From positions 5,492-69,491 of the forward strand of contig NIVC01000313.1 in the NCBI GenBank assembly GCA_002269645.1: 64,000 nucleotides of DNA, read 5' to 3'. A model generated the notes under the pieces. That model did not search any database, had not been told where the DNA came from, and worked only from the letters and a program-made list of their open reading frames with translations. Source of the DNA: Macrostomum lignano. Its lineage: Eukaryota. Made by a program: the position numbers and the translations under genes. Every line of letters starts with the position of its first letter. Position 1 is the first letter of the stretch. This document shows, piece after piece, positions 31,848-46,045 of the stretch.

Positions 31848-34786
31848 CTGAAACAGAAGTAAATAACAAAAAGTGATAGTCTATGTGGCAAGCCTTTTAC
31901 TTCAGTATCGTCAGAACTAGACCCCAGAATATACATGACAATAATGCACTGGCGCACAGGGCATCCTCAATCAGCGAACTCAAAGACCAGTTGCACCTGC
32001 GTACTCTTCGGTAGCCTTTGAGATCCCCTGATAGAACCCAATTGAACGTGTGTGTGAATTCATCAAGCAGAGTATTCAACGGCAGAATCCGCCGCAGACA
32101 GTCGCTAAACTGCGAAAAGCTTTTGTTGTTGCGTGGTAGGAAATCCACACGATTTTTTCGACGCCTTGTTCTGGAAATGCTCGTCGAGTCAACGGCCATG
32201 TTACTTGCGATAGCAGGCTACACATGTCTCTGAAGCTCGATATGAACCATAGAGTTATGTGTTTTGACTCTACTCTTAATTTTCTCTCTGATTTTTCTTC
32301 TTTTTAGAGTGCTTGAGTTTTAAATGTTGCCAGTGTACTTCTAGAGAGAAATGATACACTTACAGTTTGAGTTGGTCTTGACTGAAATTGTTTTCGAATT
32401 GATTTTATTGCGGACCGGATGTAGTTCAAATGGTGATATTTTGTTAAGTATAGCGCATTTTGGATAACGTATTTAGCACCATGTCAGTCAGCGGTGGAAG
32501 AATTATCAAACTGCAGAATTAGAAGTGCGCTACACTCGCAACAAAAACATTCATTGAAAACTGGTTTCGGTTCAAAATACGCTAAGGAAATACGTATACA
32601 CTGACCTTTTGCCGGAACCTTGCTTGTCCGTTTTATAGGCTTTTGGGCACATTAGACAAAACAAATGCTTGCTTTATTTGCAATCCACAAGCTCATAACG
32701 CGATATTTTGTAAATTTAAAGCTAAAAATAAAAAAGACTGGTTTTGCCTAAAGCATTGAGAGCGAAAACCAGTCTTTAGCTTCAGTTGACCAACCTAAAA
32801 ATCTTTTTTAGGATTACTAGCAATTTTCGTCCCCAGTTGCAGAGGCAAGAAAAAGGAATTATGCATGCAGTTTTTACAGTCAATATTGTTAGTTTTTTAG
32901 CTATCTAGCCTAAAATATCAGCATTATCTTTAAGCTTTGTACTTAACGCCATTCATCACGCGTATCCCTATTAGCCAAAGTTTTTATCACTTCAGCCAAG
33001 AATACGTATCCTCATCAGCTAACGAAGTTTATCCAAATTAACCGACAAAATTTAATGTGAAGATTAGCCCAAACTGCCTAATTATAAAAGCAATAATTTC
33101 GTTTTTTGAGTAAAACGACTGTCCTTAACTGAACTGAGTGAATTATTCAGAGTGAAGCAAAAGGATAAAGCTACACAAATTCAACACAGCTTTCCGTTGC
33201 ACAAAGTCTCACGGATGCATTTTGGGCTAAATGTGCCAAAATAGTTATTTAGCTTGTACGAGCGTATGTTTAATCCTATGTGGACTCATGGCAGTTAATT
33301 ACTCGTAGTTAAATGTAGAATTGTCAGCATCTGTAATCTTAAGGCACGATCTCTTTCCTCAAGTTGACCGTAGCGAAAACAAGACAGAAATGAAACTACG
33401 AACTACGAGCGTATGTATCCATTTTGGCTTCTGTGGTGCAGTTTATGTATTTTATTCACGAGTGATTGTATTTAATTGTAGTTTTCCTGTGCATATGAAT
33501 TAAAACAACAGTTGGTAACTTACGGGACTCGACGTGTGTAAAGAAGTTGGCCAAGATGGCAGCGCTTATCAGCAAGACAGCAGTGCCCGTTGCTAAGGAC
33601 CTCTGCATCGCTTGTTTGTCTGTTTATTAAAAAAAAAAGTTATTGCTGGTTAAAACAGACTTGAAGATTTTTCATATCGAATGGTTCAAGCTTTTCAGGT
33701 AGTTTGTATTGAGTTTTTTTAGCAACAATGGAATGTGAATTTAAAGAAAAATTAACATTCTTTTCACTGAAAAAACTTCGATCTCGATTTAGTCACCAGT
33801 TTAACCGGAACATTCAGTTTGTTGAATGATACATTCTTGAGTTTAATACATGCAATAAATTACGATAAGTATTTTTTAATACGAAAGCAATGTCTCAAAT
33901 AACTATAATTGCAAAATTCACGAGTTGATAAGATCAAATACAAGTTGCTGGGTGAATTCTTCCTTCTAAAATGCAAGACCGTTTTTGCTAGGCAAATTTC
34001 TGAGGGTAAACATTCGATCTAGTCAGTTGAACACAATGATTTTAGTGCTACACCATGGATTGACACCTGTGTTTTTCCATTCTCTGCAACTGTTAGGGGG
34101 GCTTTTTCGTAACGGAAGCGGTTTTACCTCTTAAAACCGCTTCTCGTGATGCGCAAGCAACAGGAGACGCGACCCAGAAAAATAAAGGCATGCAGTCAGG
34201 GTTCAAGTTTCCAGTCGGTCGCAAATTAAGAACTTATATACGAATAATAATAACTAACCTCAGCCTTCGCTGTTCATTTTTTTCATATGGAAACAAACTC
34301 TTATTTTGAATAGTATATTTTGTGGTTTCGTCTTAGTATATTATATAAGTATATTAACGCAAGTCTTTATTGTATCCTATCTTGTCCTGCCCTAAAACAG
34401 TATATATCACTAAGTCATGGTAGTGCTCCGCCTCACCCTTGATCCACCGGGTCAGTAGAAGCGATTTAAAGCAATGTTACAGCTGTGCTCTCTGTTAAAG
34501 GACTTTGGTCGTGGCACTCTTTTCAGCTCAAAAGACCGCTCGAAAGCTGACGAGTGCGCTGAGCTGCTCCGAGTGCGCTGAGTCTAGCTGCTGTTCTACC
34601 CAGGCCGCCAGCGCCCACGCCTCGACTGTCTCGACAGATAGCAGGACTGTCTCGAGCACCGCCTGCCACAGCCTTCTGGTGGTCAGGCAGCGCTTCGGAC
34701 TGAAGAATGGCCCTGATGGATCTGTATGCCTCCAAGGTGAGTCATCATCTGCTACTGGATGTTCCTCCTCTATGTGGACACCACCA

Positions 34787-35870
34787 GACTTGACTTACTT
34801 GACTTAGCTGCAGGGCTGTCCTGGAGGGGACACAGCGGAAAGGCGCGGACGCCCATTCCGCAAATCCCTGAACGGTATCGCTATGGACGAAGGGTTGGCG
34901 CCGCCCAGGGAGGTCCCCCAGTGTCGCCAGCAGCTATGGTGCTCTCTGGAAAGGAGAGTTCAGCCCTGCGGGTGGCCCGGAGGTAGCGCATGAGCTGGTT
35001 AAAGTTTTCGGGTTTGCACGCTTCAGTAATAGATGTGTGTGGCCCGAGGTAAGTGAGTCTGGCCCGCGTAAAGGCGGGACAGATGCTGACGAAATGCTCA
35101 GCGGTTTCATCACCTGAGCTGCAGAAACTGCAGATGGCGTTGGTGGCGTTGCCTTGCCGGTACTGGTGCCTGAAGAAGCAGCCGTGATCTGAGAGGATCA
35201 TGATGGCAGCCCGGATGTCTCTTCGCGAGAGGCGCGAGAGGAGTTTCCGGAGCTGGTGAGAGGGCTGAGGGACAGCCCCTCTGGATTGCCTGCAGGTAGT
35301 GCAGTTCGCCCAGGCAGAGCGATGCTGGGTCCTGATCCACGCTTTGATGCGCGAGTCGATGACACAGCCGGGAATCGGGACAAGGGGTTAGTTCGGGCCC
35401 GAGGGAGGAGCCGGAGGCACGAAAATTTTCAAGGGCGTCAGCCAACTCATTCCCTCGGATCCCCACATGTCCCGGAACCCACTTAAGGATAATTTTGTTG
35501 GTGGAACCCAATATTTTGAAGAGTTTGATACAGTCGAGGACTGTAGCAGAATTGGTACTACAGCCACTGATGGCGTGCAAGGCAGCTTGGCTTTCCGAAT
35601 GGAAAATGATGTTCTTACCGGATACGCAAGTGGTGAGAAGCTCTGCAATGCAGGAGCTGATGGCGAGAACTTCATTTTGGAAGACACTGGAGTTGACCCC
35701 AGTGTACTGAGCGTGGGTTGCGATGACCCACCCGTTCAGGAAGATTCCAACACCAAAACCGGTGTTGGCTGACTGCTTAAAACCGTCGGTGTAGCAATGA
35801 AGCTCACCAAGGTTCGAGTCGTCATTGATGGTATCGTGCGAGTCGATAGCTACGGAGTAGCTTTGTCTCA
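34787..35870 (-). mobile_element. 5'-truncated LOA/R1-like LINE (RNase H plus Zn knuckle)
   Basis: CYTDG...GFGVGI...SVFQNEVLAI...WVPGHVGIRGNELAD; CSFCSSGDETAEHFVSICP; short AGT(A/C)A-type tandem tail at ~34787-34806. Confidence 0.85.
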
Positions 35871-36380
35871 GGTTGAGCGTTGAGGCACTTCAGCTAGGCC
35901 TTGACCCAACGCTGGGCTCACTTCACGTTTATTGCTTTTTGAAGAAGGCTGTTCGCGGGCGACAATCTCATGCTGACAGGAAAAAATCAACTGGGCCCAA
36001 AGATATAATCGACCCCAACGTTTTCTAGTCCAACGAAGAGACCTCGAGAAGAATCGCAAGGGTCCCACAAATTACCTGGCTGATATCAGCCGTAGGAAAA
36101 ATGAGCACAAAACTGATAGCTAAGCCAAAATTTTGATACCGACAGACACTTTAAAAAACATCACAAAGTTATTTCCATACGATAGAGGGTGATCTTTCGC
36201 CTTTTTAACCCTAACCAAAACCCTAAATTCAATATTTTGTCCATGAGTTTTTGCATGATCGATGCTTCTATGATTTTTGGCATGACGCTTCCATTGTTTT
36301 TGCATGACGCTTCCATTATTTTTGCATGATGCTTCCATGATAAACATTTTTAATAAGCTAAATGAGCCAAGTTATAAGCT

Positions 36381-36473
36381 ACCCTAACCCTAACCCTAAC
36401 CCGAATCTTAACGCAAAAACCCTGAACCTAACCCTAAACCTAAACCCTAATACCAACCCTAACACTAACCCTA
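36381..36473. repeat. Interstitial telomere-like (CCCTAA)n, degenerate
   Basis: ACCCTAACCCTAACCCTAACC... with variants. Confidence 0.8.
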
Positions 36474-36728
36474 CAGCCTGATATCTGCATAAGTTTGTGA
36501 AGAGCTAGTAGTATTTTTTAGCTTAGTATCTTAGCGTTAGGGAGCCAAAATACAGTACAAGTTTTGTAATAAACTACATGTAGCATCTCTTTGCAATATA
36601 CCTCAGAAGTCCCTTGTAAGCCTTGAAATGTCAGTAATTCCCCCACAAGCTTTAACAAATCAACTCCCCCTTGACATCTCAGCGATGCCCCAAATAAGCC
36701 TTGAAGTCTAAAAAAATCTGTCAACCTT

Positions 36729-36801
36729 CTAACCCTAACCCTAGCCTAACCCTAACCCTAACCCTAGCCTAACCCTAACCCTAACCCTAACCTAACCCTA
36801 A
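36729..36801. repeat. Interstitial telomere-like (CCCTAA)n
   Basis: About 12 CCCTAA/CCTAA/CCTAG units. Confidence 0.88.
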
Positions 36802-38349
36802 AGCATTGAAATTTCAGTAATTCTGAGTCATTATAGCACTACTACAGCATTATAGCGATTCCCTGCAAGCCTCGACATCGTAGGGATTCCCAAATGAATC
36901 TCTTAACTTCGACATGAAGCTTCTTTTATTTTTTACATTATGCTTTTTCTATCAGTGAGCCCTGAGGAGCCAACAAAAAATGTAATAAAAAGTTTTCATT
37001 AAACTACATGTAGCTTCTGACTTTAGCCTTGAAATCTCATTTATACCCCCGTGAGCCTTGACATCTCAGCTATTCCCCCCGTAAGCCTTGACATGTCAGC
37101 GATGCCCCCATAAATCTTGAAATCTAAAAAAATCCCCTGTTAACCTTGAAACCGCGATAAAATATAACCCTCAACCCACACCTGACCTAAACCTAACTTT
37201 AACCCAACCTAAAGCCTCGAAATCTCAGCAATTCTTCTCCCCTAAGCCTTGGCATCAGTGTATTCCTTCTTTAAGAATCACAGCACTATAATCGATTTCC
37301 ACCAAGCTTTGACATTGTAGCAATTCCCAAATGAATCTTTTAACTTCGACATGACTTTTCTTATATGTATACATAAGTGCTACTTTTATTTTTTACATGA
37401 CTCTGCTTCTCAGCGCCCCCCCTGTGGCGAGCACAACAATGAAAATAAAAAAAGTACATGAACTTCAGTAGCTTTTGACTTTTGCTTGACATCTCACCAT
37501 TTCGACCATTGTCATGACGAGATTTGCACGACTCAGTAATTCTCATGCGCTTGACGTACATAGCTTCATTCATTTTTATATGACACGCTTCATGTACACA
37601 CACTGGCAAACTTTTTTTTACATGACGCTTCTGATTGTTCTTCCACGCTTAATTTTTACAACGCTTTCATTAGTTTTGATTTTTTACATGAGCCTTCTAC
37701 ATGAGTTCTGACGCTGACGATTTTACCATTGAGCTTCCTGATTAACTTGTTTGAATGCGCATTTCGCCATCGTCGCTGCATGGCAGTTCAGTTTCACCTC
37801 TGGCTTCTCACTTTTGATAACATCAAATTTTGCACTTATATAATCAACACACCAAATCAGGTAGTCACACGAAGCAGTTATGACATAATCAAGTCTTCTC
37901 AGTCAGTCACGTATCAGTTAACAATATGGTCGCAATTTAAATCAAGTCGGTGCTACGCTTCCACACTGCATTTTCAATTCAAGTCGGATTACAATTCAGT
38001 GATGATGCAATCTATTTCAGAATCAGAATTCAACCAGTCAGTTTTTTTCTCTAGCATTCTTACAATGCATTTCAAGTCGAAAAGTTTGCTTGACCTTTGC
38101 AAAAAAGCATGTTTTTCGAATATTTAATGCCTTTAGCATCGAGCAATTTCTTAGCCACGATGCATGTACAGTCACGGGAAAATTTCTGATCGAACAGTGC
38201 AAGTTCGAACAAAATCGGTCCAGCCATTTTTTCTCTAATCGATTTCGTACAAACAAACAACTCATTTTTAGTATATAGGACTAGCCAATCCAACCCCCGT
38301 TGGGGCTTTCCGTCCAAACTCCAATCACAGTTTTCCCACGCAATAAAAT

Positions 38350-40360
38350 TTCACCCCACTGAATCCCACATCCAAAGAATCCCTCATCCAAAAAATCCCC
38401 CATCTATAAAATCTCTGATGCAAAGAATCTCACATGCAAAGAATTCCCTATCCAAAGAATCCGCCATCTTAAGAACCTCCATCGATAGAATCCACTCAAT
38501 TCCCCACTCCACACAATCCACACAATTCCCCACTCAAGGAATCCTCCTATCTGAAGAATTCCCCATCCAATGAATCGCCCATCCATAGAATCTCACATGC
38601 AAAAAATCCTATATCCAAAGAATCCTCCATTCAAAGAACCCCCCATTGATAGAATTCCGATTCGAAGAATCCCCATCCAATGAATTTCCTATCCAAGGAA
38701 TCCCCCATACACAGAATCCCCATCCAAAGAATCTCAAATCCATCCCTATCCAAAGAATCCCCCATCCTTCCATATCCAAAGAATCCCAAATCCATCCATA
38801 TCCAAAGAATCCCCATCCATCCCTATCCAAAAAATCCTCATCGATCCATATCCAAAGAATCCCAAATCCATCCCTATCCAATGAATCCCCCATCCATCCA
38901 TATCCAAAGAATCCCAAATCCATCCCTATCTAAAGAATCCCCCATCCATCCCTATCTAAAGAATCCTCCTATCCATCCCTATCCAGAAAAACCCGGCATC
39001 CATTCCTATCTAAAGAATCCCCCAATCCATCCATATCCAAAGAATCCCCATCTAAATAATCGACATCCAAATAATCCCCATCCACAAAATCCCCATCTAA
39101 ATAATCCAAAGATTCTCAAATCCAAATTATCCCTTATCTAAAAAATCATTGACAAAATAATCCCCTCATCTAAAGAACCCCCGTCCAAATAATCCCAATC
39201 CAAAGAATCCAAAGAATCCCCCTCTAGAAAACCACCCTCTAAAGAATCCACATCCAAATAATCCCCATTAACAGAAACCCCATCCAAAGAATCCAAAGAA
39301 TCCAAAGAATCCAAAGAATCTCCCATCCAAATAGAATCCTTGGCCAAAGAATCCCATCATCTACAGAACACCCATCCAAATAATCCCCATCTAAAGAATC
39401 CCCTCATGCAAATAATCTCCGTCCAAACAATCCAAATCCAATCCAATCCAATCCAAAAGATCCCTTTATCGGAAGAACCCTTCATCGAAAGAATCCCCCA
39501 TCGAAGGAAGTTCCCAATGAATCATTCTTACCAAGCCTTGAAATCTCAGTAATTCCCCTCCCCAAGACTTGACATCTCAAAAATTACCCTTAAGCCTTGA
39601 CATCTCAGTAATTCCCCCCCCCCTAAGACTTGACATCTTAGCAATTTCTCCCCGTCTCAAGTCTTGACATCTCAGAAATTCCCCCCCCCACGCCTTGACA
39701 TCCCAGAAATTCCCCCAGAAAGCCTTTATATCTCAGTAATTTCCCCAGTAAGTCTTGCCATCTCAGCAATTCCCCTCTATAAGACTTGACATCTAAGGAA
39801 TTTCCCATTAAGCAATGAAATCTCAGTAATTCCCCCCAGTAAATCTTGACATCTTAGCAATTTCTCCCAGTCAAAAGCGTTGACACCTCAGCAATTCCCC
39901 CCCTAAGACTTGACCTCCACAGAATCCCCGTTCAAAGAATCCCTCATCCAAAGAACCCCCCATCCATCCCTATCCAAAGAACCCCCATCCATCCCTATCC
40001 AAAGAATCCCCCATCCACCCCAATCCAAAGAATCCCCCTCTTAAGAATCTCCCATTCAAATAATCCCCCATCAAAAGAATCCTTCGCCAAAGAATCCCCT
40101 CATCTAAAGAACCACCGTCGAAATAGTCCCCATCCAAAGAATCCCCTCATAAAGAATCCCCCCAAATAATCTCATATCCAAAGGATCACTCTATAGAAAG
40201 AAGCCTTCATCTAAAGAATCCCCCATTCAAAGAACCCTTCATCGAAATAATAATCCCCCAACGAAGGAATTCCCCAATGAATCACTATCCAAAAATATAT
40301 ATTAGAAGCACCCTCCCTCATTCAAAGAATCCCCAATCCATAGAATTCCCCCCAAAGATA
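38350..40360. repeat. C/A-rich degenerate satellite (AAAGAATCCCCATCC-like), interrupted at ~39530-39915 by the CTTGACATCTCAG satellite
   Basis: Dozens of AAGAATCCCC / CATCCAAAG motifs with strong strand asymmetry. Confidence 0.9.
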
Positions 40361-41100
40361 TGACATCTCAGCAATTCGCCCTCAGGACTTGAAATCTCTG
40401 CAATTCCCTTCCCTAAGATTTTGACATCTCAGAAATTCCCCCAAGCCTTCACATCTCAGCAATTCGCCCTCAAGCCTTGGCATCTCAGTAATTCCCCCCC
40501 CCCCCCAAGCCTTGAAATCTCAGCAATTCCGTCTTACGTCTTGACATCTCGGCAAGTCCCTCTAAGCATTTGACATCTCAGGAATTTCCCCACCAAGCCT
40601 TGGCATCTCAGCAAGTCCCTCTTAAGCCTTGGCATCTCAGCAAGTCCCTCTTTAGCCTTGGCATCTCAGCAAGTCCCTCTTTAGCCTTGGCATCTCAGCA
40701 ATTCCCCCCCCCAAGACTTGACATCTCAGGAATTTCCCCACCAAGCCTTGTTATCTCAGCCTCTTAAGCATTGACATATCAGCAATTCCCTCTTAAGCCT
40801 TGACATCTCAGTAATTTCCTCAGTAACTCTTGACATCTTAGCGATTTCTAACCGTCCAAAGCCTTGACATCTCAGTGATTCCCCCGAAGCCTTGACATCT
40901 CAGTGATTCCCCCGAAGCCTTGACATCTCAGTGATTCCCCCGAAGCCTTGACATCTCAGTGATTCCCCCGAAGCCTTGACATCTCAGCAATTCCCTCCCC
41001 CCTCTAAGACTTGACATCTCAGGAATTCCCTCCCCCCCTCTAAGACTTGACATCTCAGGAATTTCCCCACCAAGCCTTGACATCTCAGTGATTCCCCCAG
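40360..41100. repeat. GCCTTGACATCTCAG(C/T)(A/G)ATTCCCC satellite (23-28 bp units)
   Basis: Purest part is the 28-bp unit GCCTTGACATCTCAGTGATTCCCCCGAA x4 at 40861-40972; related units at ~36600-37340 and ~39530-39915. Confidence 0.9.
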
Positions 41101-41770
41101 TTAGCAATCTCCCCCGAGCAAGCATTCCCAAAAGCAAGCGTCCTTCCGATAGCAAGCATCCCCTGATAGAAAGTACCCCCAGCAAGATTGTGAAACAATT
41201 TCGTCAGCTATTACAATAATTAATTTCTTATCTATTGGAATAGTCCTTTTTAAAACTTTTCAAAATTTAAAGTTGAATAAAATTTTTGATTATACTACAT
41301 GAACGCTCGTAGCTTCTTCTCTTTTACCTGATTTACTTGACGTTTTTAAGGTTCCTTTAGCTTTCTTGAACTTAAATTTTTTAATAAAAAACTTCAACAC
41401 TCTAAAAATTCGAACCCACGTCGCTGCATTAGCAGTTCAGTCTGTTTACCTCTAGGCTAGCTCTTATCGTTTTGATAACATGAATTGTAGCACTTATATA
41501 TTTCAACACTTTGAAAACTCCCAGCATAGTGTAGAAATCACTCGAAGCAGTTACGACGTAATCAATTTCTCAGGCAGTCAATATCAGTTTCAATTAATAA
41601 AGTCAACAATTAAAGTCAACAATATGGTTACGCAATCTAAATTTAGATCTAATGGCGCTGGCTTGAATTGTGGAGTTGCGATAAGTGGGGGTTTGCGATA
41701 TGAGAGAGCGTACAATGAGAATATAGAGTAAAAAGTATAGAAATTTCTTTTTAATGCTGTGCTTTTAATT

Positions 41771-41910
41771 TTTCAAATCTCAGCAAACAGATTATATTCT
41801 CGAACTCAGCGTTTTATTTTCAAATCTCAGCAAACAGATTATATTCTCGAACTCAGCGTTTCATTTTCAAATCTCAGCAAACAGATTATATTCTCGAACT
41901 CAGCGTTTCA
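41771..41910. repeat. 47-bp tandem repeat, 3 units
   Basis: CAAATCTCAGCAAACAGATTATATTCTCGAACTCAGCGTTT at 41774, 41821 and 41868. Confidence 0.93.
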
Positions 41911-43224
41911 AGCTCTTTCCAGCAATACAAGGCTCTCTTCTGAAAGTGAAAAACTCGAAGCACAAACAACGGTTGGACATTCCTGCTTTAAAGCAGTCAA
42001 ATTCATAAGGTGTACATTCAGCGCCAGCTACAGTGAGAGGCCTGCAGTTGATGCATTGAAATTCACAACCAAGCCAATGCCCGGGACTCATTGAATGGCA
42101 ATACCCGCCCCTCAATTCAATAACTAAAAGGGGTTGCGCAACCTTTCAACGCTTATAGCTCTCCACGCCAGTGTAGAGAACCAATGCTATAGTTGGCACT
42201 GAGTTATGATGCAATACAATTCCATCGGCAGTCAGAATGCTTCTCAATCAGAAAAAAACTGTTTGAACTTTAAAAAACAGGGCAAAAATCGAGTTTTTCG
42301 AACATTTAATCCCTAAAAATGAAGCAATTTCTTAGCAAAATTTTGTGTACCAGCGCACCATTAATACGCATCGAATGCAGAAAACCCCGCGAAATTCGGA
42401 CCACGCAGAGTCAAGTTAAACTAAGGTTCCTATAGATAGGTAGGTACATAGTTTTGATTTTTAGTATATTGGGAATGGGAATTGGGAATTCAATTCGTGT
42501 TGGATATCAGGATAAACAAAAAAGTTGAAAAGAAAACTGGGAAGACCAATAACTTGTTCCTTAATTGAGAAACTCATAGCAGTATTTAGTTCAGAAAATT
42601 GTCCATTATTTGTAGTAAATGTTGAAGGTGCAGCCGCAGAGTTCTCCGTCTCCACTGAAGCCACTAGACAATGATAATGTTGCAGCAGACGACAACGCAA
42701 TCAGGCCATTGGCCGCAAGCACTGCACTGCCGCCTGCGCTGGTGCTCTGTCCACTACGACTGATCGCATCAGATATGTTGGACAGTCGTGACTTCTTCTT
42801 GGAGTATCGAATGTAGCGTTGCGTTGAAACGAACAGAACGATGACTAGTCACGTGACCAATTTCCTTCATTTAAAATCCGGCATTGTGCAGCTCCGTGAA
42901 AACAGTCGCTCTGATGCAATGAGGTTTATGCCTCCTTGACAGTCCGGCTTTCTCCGAAATGGTCTGCATCATCGTGCCCAGTGTGTTGTGTCCAACAGCC
43001 TGCTTTCCGAAATACCACAAGTTTGATGTAGGTTTCGCCCAATTAAGCGCCGAACGACTGAACTGCTCGTAACACCCAAGTGCTTAGCAGTCAAAATCTT
43101 CTTCACAAAATACTTTAATAATAAAACCAGCAGCTAAAGCAATTGGATAAGAAACTGTCGTGCCGTGTAGTTGGCATAAAGAAACTTAAGGTTTATTTTA
43201 ACTAGCAAGTAGCCTAATTAATAT

Positions 43225-44810
43225 TGACACGAGCAGGGGCTGAGAGAACACGAAAATAGAGTCACGTGATGACAATCAACTACGTACAAGTACATGGAAG
43301 CTTAGGGGCATGGCCAGTCAGAGCGAAGGGAGAGGAAAGAATGGTGTGCACGTACGATGCACGTACATAGCATAAGTTAGTTAGTTAGTCAGTGCCTAGA
43401 GCTCAGCGCTCCGGCACCACATTCCGTCATCACCAACGAGCTGTCAAGCGATCAAGAGGAACTCCCTTGTTGCCGCGCTCGCTCCTTCTGGGCCGCGGAT
43501 CAGCCGTATCGAGTTCACCGGCTTGGGGACGCTCAACAGTCGCTGACTCTCTCGATCGTTAGACGCGCCTCCGGGACGTCGAGCTCCGGACGGCCTCCGT
43601 CGGCTTCCGGCCCGGCCGCGGCCAGAAGTGGCCAAAGCTGATCCCTGTGCGCCAGGACGGGCCGGTCCGACTCGGTCCGAGTGACGATCGCCGTGTTGTG
43701 CCCGGCCTGCACGACGAACTCGGCAAGTTCTGGCTGTGCGCTTTGGCGAGCTTGGTAAACAACCGGGGCGTCCGTCTCGAAGGTCAGCGTCAACGGGCTT
43801 CTCAGCTGCCGACCGAGGGGCTGCCTCGGCGAGCAGAGCACGAGCAGATTGCACGAGCAGAGCTACATCAGCGCCGAGGGGCTGCCTCGGCCGTCACTAC
43901 GTGGAGTCGCTCGGTAGTTCAGCAGGAGCTTGGACAGGTATGCGTCAAACGGTCCTTGATGAGCTGCAAACGCCTTGAGTCCTCGCTTGACAGTCTGCAC
44001 CATCCGCTCGGCGCAGCCATTGGACTGCGGGTGGTACGGCGTGAAGAGCTGATTGCAGCCGATCCGCTCCAGCCAGCCTTTTTTTTTATTTTTTTATTAG
44101 AGGCAGGGGGGTTGTGTGCACCCTGGCGCACTTTAAGCGACATTGTCACACAACCGGCGAGAGGCATTACTGCCCATTTCGCCGACTCCCCTGAGCAGGC
44201 ATACAAGCGCGCGGATACGTACGCAGGCACACACTCACACAGGAGTGTACAGCGGCCCTAACTTATTTTTATCGTTAGGCATGTACACTTCACTGCGATT
44301 TGGGGGTTGGCTCTCAAGGCCGTTAATTGCACGAGCAGAGCCAAGCCGAGATTCCAATTCAGCCCCAAACTAATGTGACTGCACTTGGAATCGAGCCTGG
44401 GTCGCTGGCACACCAGAGCCTGCGCTAGACCGCTGGGCTACGGCCCCCCTTCCAGCCAGCCTTGAAGCTCCTGATCGTGGAACTCGGGTGCGTTGTCAGA
44501 CACCAGAGTGAGCGGCATGCCTTGCCTCGCGAGGATGGCCCGTAGAACTCGAATCACTGTCCTCGCGCTCTTGTCTGCCACTTGTACGTCTTCCGGCCAG
44601 CCAGAGAAAGCGTCAACCAGCACCAAAATCAGGCCGACTCCCGACACGTGAGCATGGTCCATGTGTACCCGCTTCCAAGGCGTCTCCTCGATAGGCCACG
44701 TGTGCACCGTGCGGTTGGGCAGTGGTCGGATCCTCGTACATGTCGTGCACTGCTTCACATACCGCTCAACATCATCGCAGTGCCCCGGCCACCATGCTTC
44801 GCGACTCACG
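43225..44810 (-). mobile_element. Gypsy remnant (integrase plus probable 3' LTR)
   Basis: WWPGHCDDVERYVKQCTTC...PWKRVHMDHA...LVDAFSGWP...VSDNAPEF, resuming after the SINE as YHPQSNG.AERMVQTVK. LTR-like segment ending ...GTGTCA at 43225. Confidence 0.82.
44081..44450 (-). mobile_element. tRNA-derived SINE, second copy, inserted in the Gypsy integrase
   Basis: Reverse-complement match to 9234-9594; 13-bp TSD TCCAGCCAGCCTT at 44068-44080 and 44451-44463; A-rich tail. Confidence 0.9.
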
Positions 44811-45170
44811 AGCCATAGGCCATAGGCATAAAATAAAGTAAGAAAGTGGTGCTTCGCGTTCCTCCAACTTGGTCATAGACATAAAAAAATGGCAGCGGTC
44901 ATTGATCGAAATGGTAAATTGTATAGTATGCAACTGAGTTGAATAATGGCCAAAACATGAGTGCGCGTAGCATACTGTACAAGGGCATTGTATTTATACT
45001 TTTACCCAGCGCCATGTTATTATTTCGCACTTTTTGAGGTCACTATTCAACACTTTCAGGCTCTGCTGCTATTGGCTGTTTTGCGATTTAGTTTACCATA
45101 CACGAAACACACGAGAGCTATACGAGGTCTGCTATATAATTAGATGGGCCATAGACAAAACAATTTCCTC

Positions 45171-45300
45171 CCCAGTAGAAAAAACATTCCGCCTAATGTT
45201 CCGGCGACCGTCCGAATTTGGACGGGCGGACGGATTTTAGGCGGAAAAATGTCCGCCCGCCTGGCATGCCTGGCGGGCCCGCCCCGGGCGACTGCATTTT
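45171..45300. mobile_element. Possible end of an EnSpm/CMC-like DNA transposon
   Basis: Starts CCCAGTAG; GC-rich nested inverted repeats CCGCCTAA/TTAGGCGG, CCGTCC/GGACGG and CCCGCC/GGCGGG. The other end was not found. Confidence 0.35.
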
Positions 45301-46045
45301 ATTTTTTGGGATAAATTTTTTAGAGTCTACTGTAAGTAGTATGTTTTGAAAATTCAACATTCCTATACTCGTACGTAGCTAGCTGGATCGACCATGCCTC
45401 GATTTTTGCTTCTTTCCGCCCCTCTCCTTTTAGTAGAAAAATGTTGATTGATTGTTGATTGGTGATTGTTTCGACACTAGTTACTAAATATATATTACGA
45501 GTACGAGTGTATATTTTATAGTTTATCAATTGTAGATAATACAGAGAAAAGTTTCATCGACATAAGTAATATAGACGATAGTAATAACTAATTTCACAGT
45601 TTATCTTAGTAAAAACTGAATATTGAATAATTAATAAAGTTATTGATCCCATAAAAATCGGCCCACTTAATGTTGATGGCTTTTTTCAGCTCTCTTCTCA
45701 GTTATCTCCTCTCTCCCCTCTTATCTCTTATCTCGATCCTCTCCTCTCCTCTCTTATCTCCTCTCGTCTCTTCTCCCCTGCTCATATATATCTTCTCTCC
45801 TGCTATCTTTTCTCTCATCGCATCTCTAATCTCGCCTCTCACCTATCATCTCTTTCTTCTTCTCTCTCTCCTCTATTCCCGCTCTTTCTCGCTCATCTGG
45901 TCCGCAACAATAATCTAGAATTTTCATCTGGACTTCTAGTTTAAAAAGTTTGCCGACCTCTGATTTAATCAGTGCACATGATATACTAATTTAATCATCG
46001 GATGAGGATGAATCGTCAATGATGGGCCGGAAATGAGTCATTTGG

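Noticed and set aside
31897-32199. ORF as the definite first exon of WSC gene B
   Set aside because: It has a hydrophobic C-terminal stretch, but the best GT donor is in the wrong phase for the WSC exon; left unresolved.
34160-34222. Histone H2A fragment (GFKFPVGR vs GLQFPVGR)
   Set aside because: Only a short peptide match, with no upstream or downstream H2A continuation.
35467-35772. Plus-strand 101-aa ORF as an independent gene
   Set aside because: It is the antisense of the LINE RNase H coding region.
38400-41200. Pro/Ile/His-rich or Gly/Trp-rich ORFs in the ORF track
   Set aside because: They are translations of satellite DNA in several overlapping frames.
45690-45900. Hydrophobic Leu/Ser ORF as a membrane protein
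   Set aside because: It arises from a CT-rich low-complexity tract.
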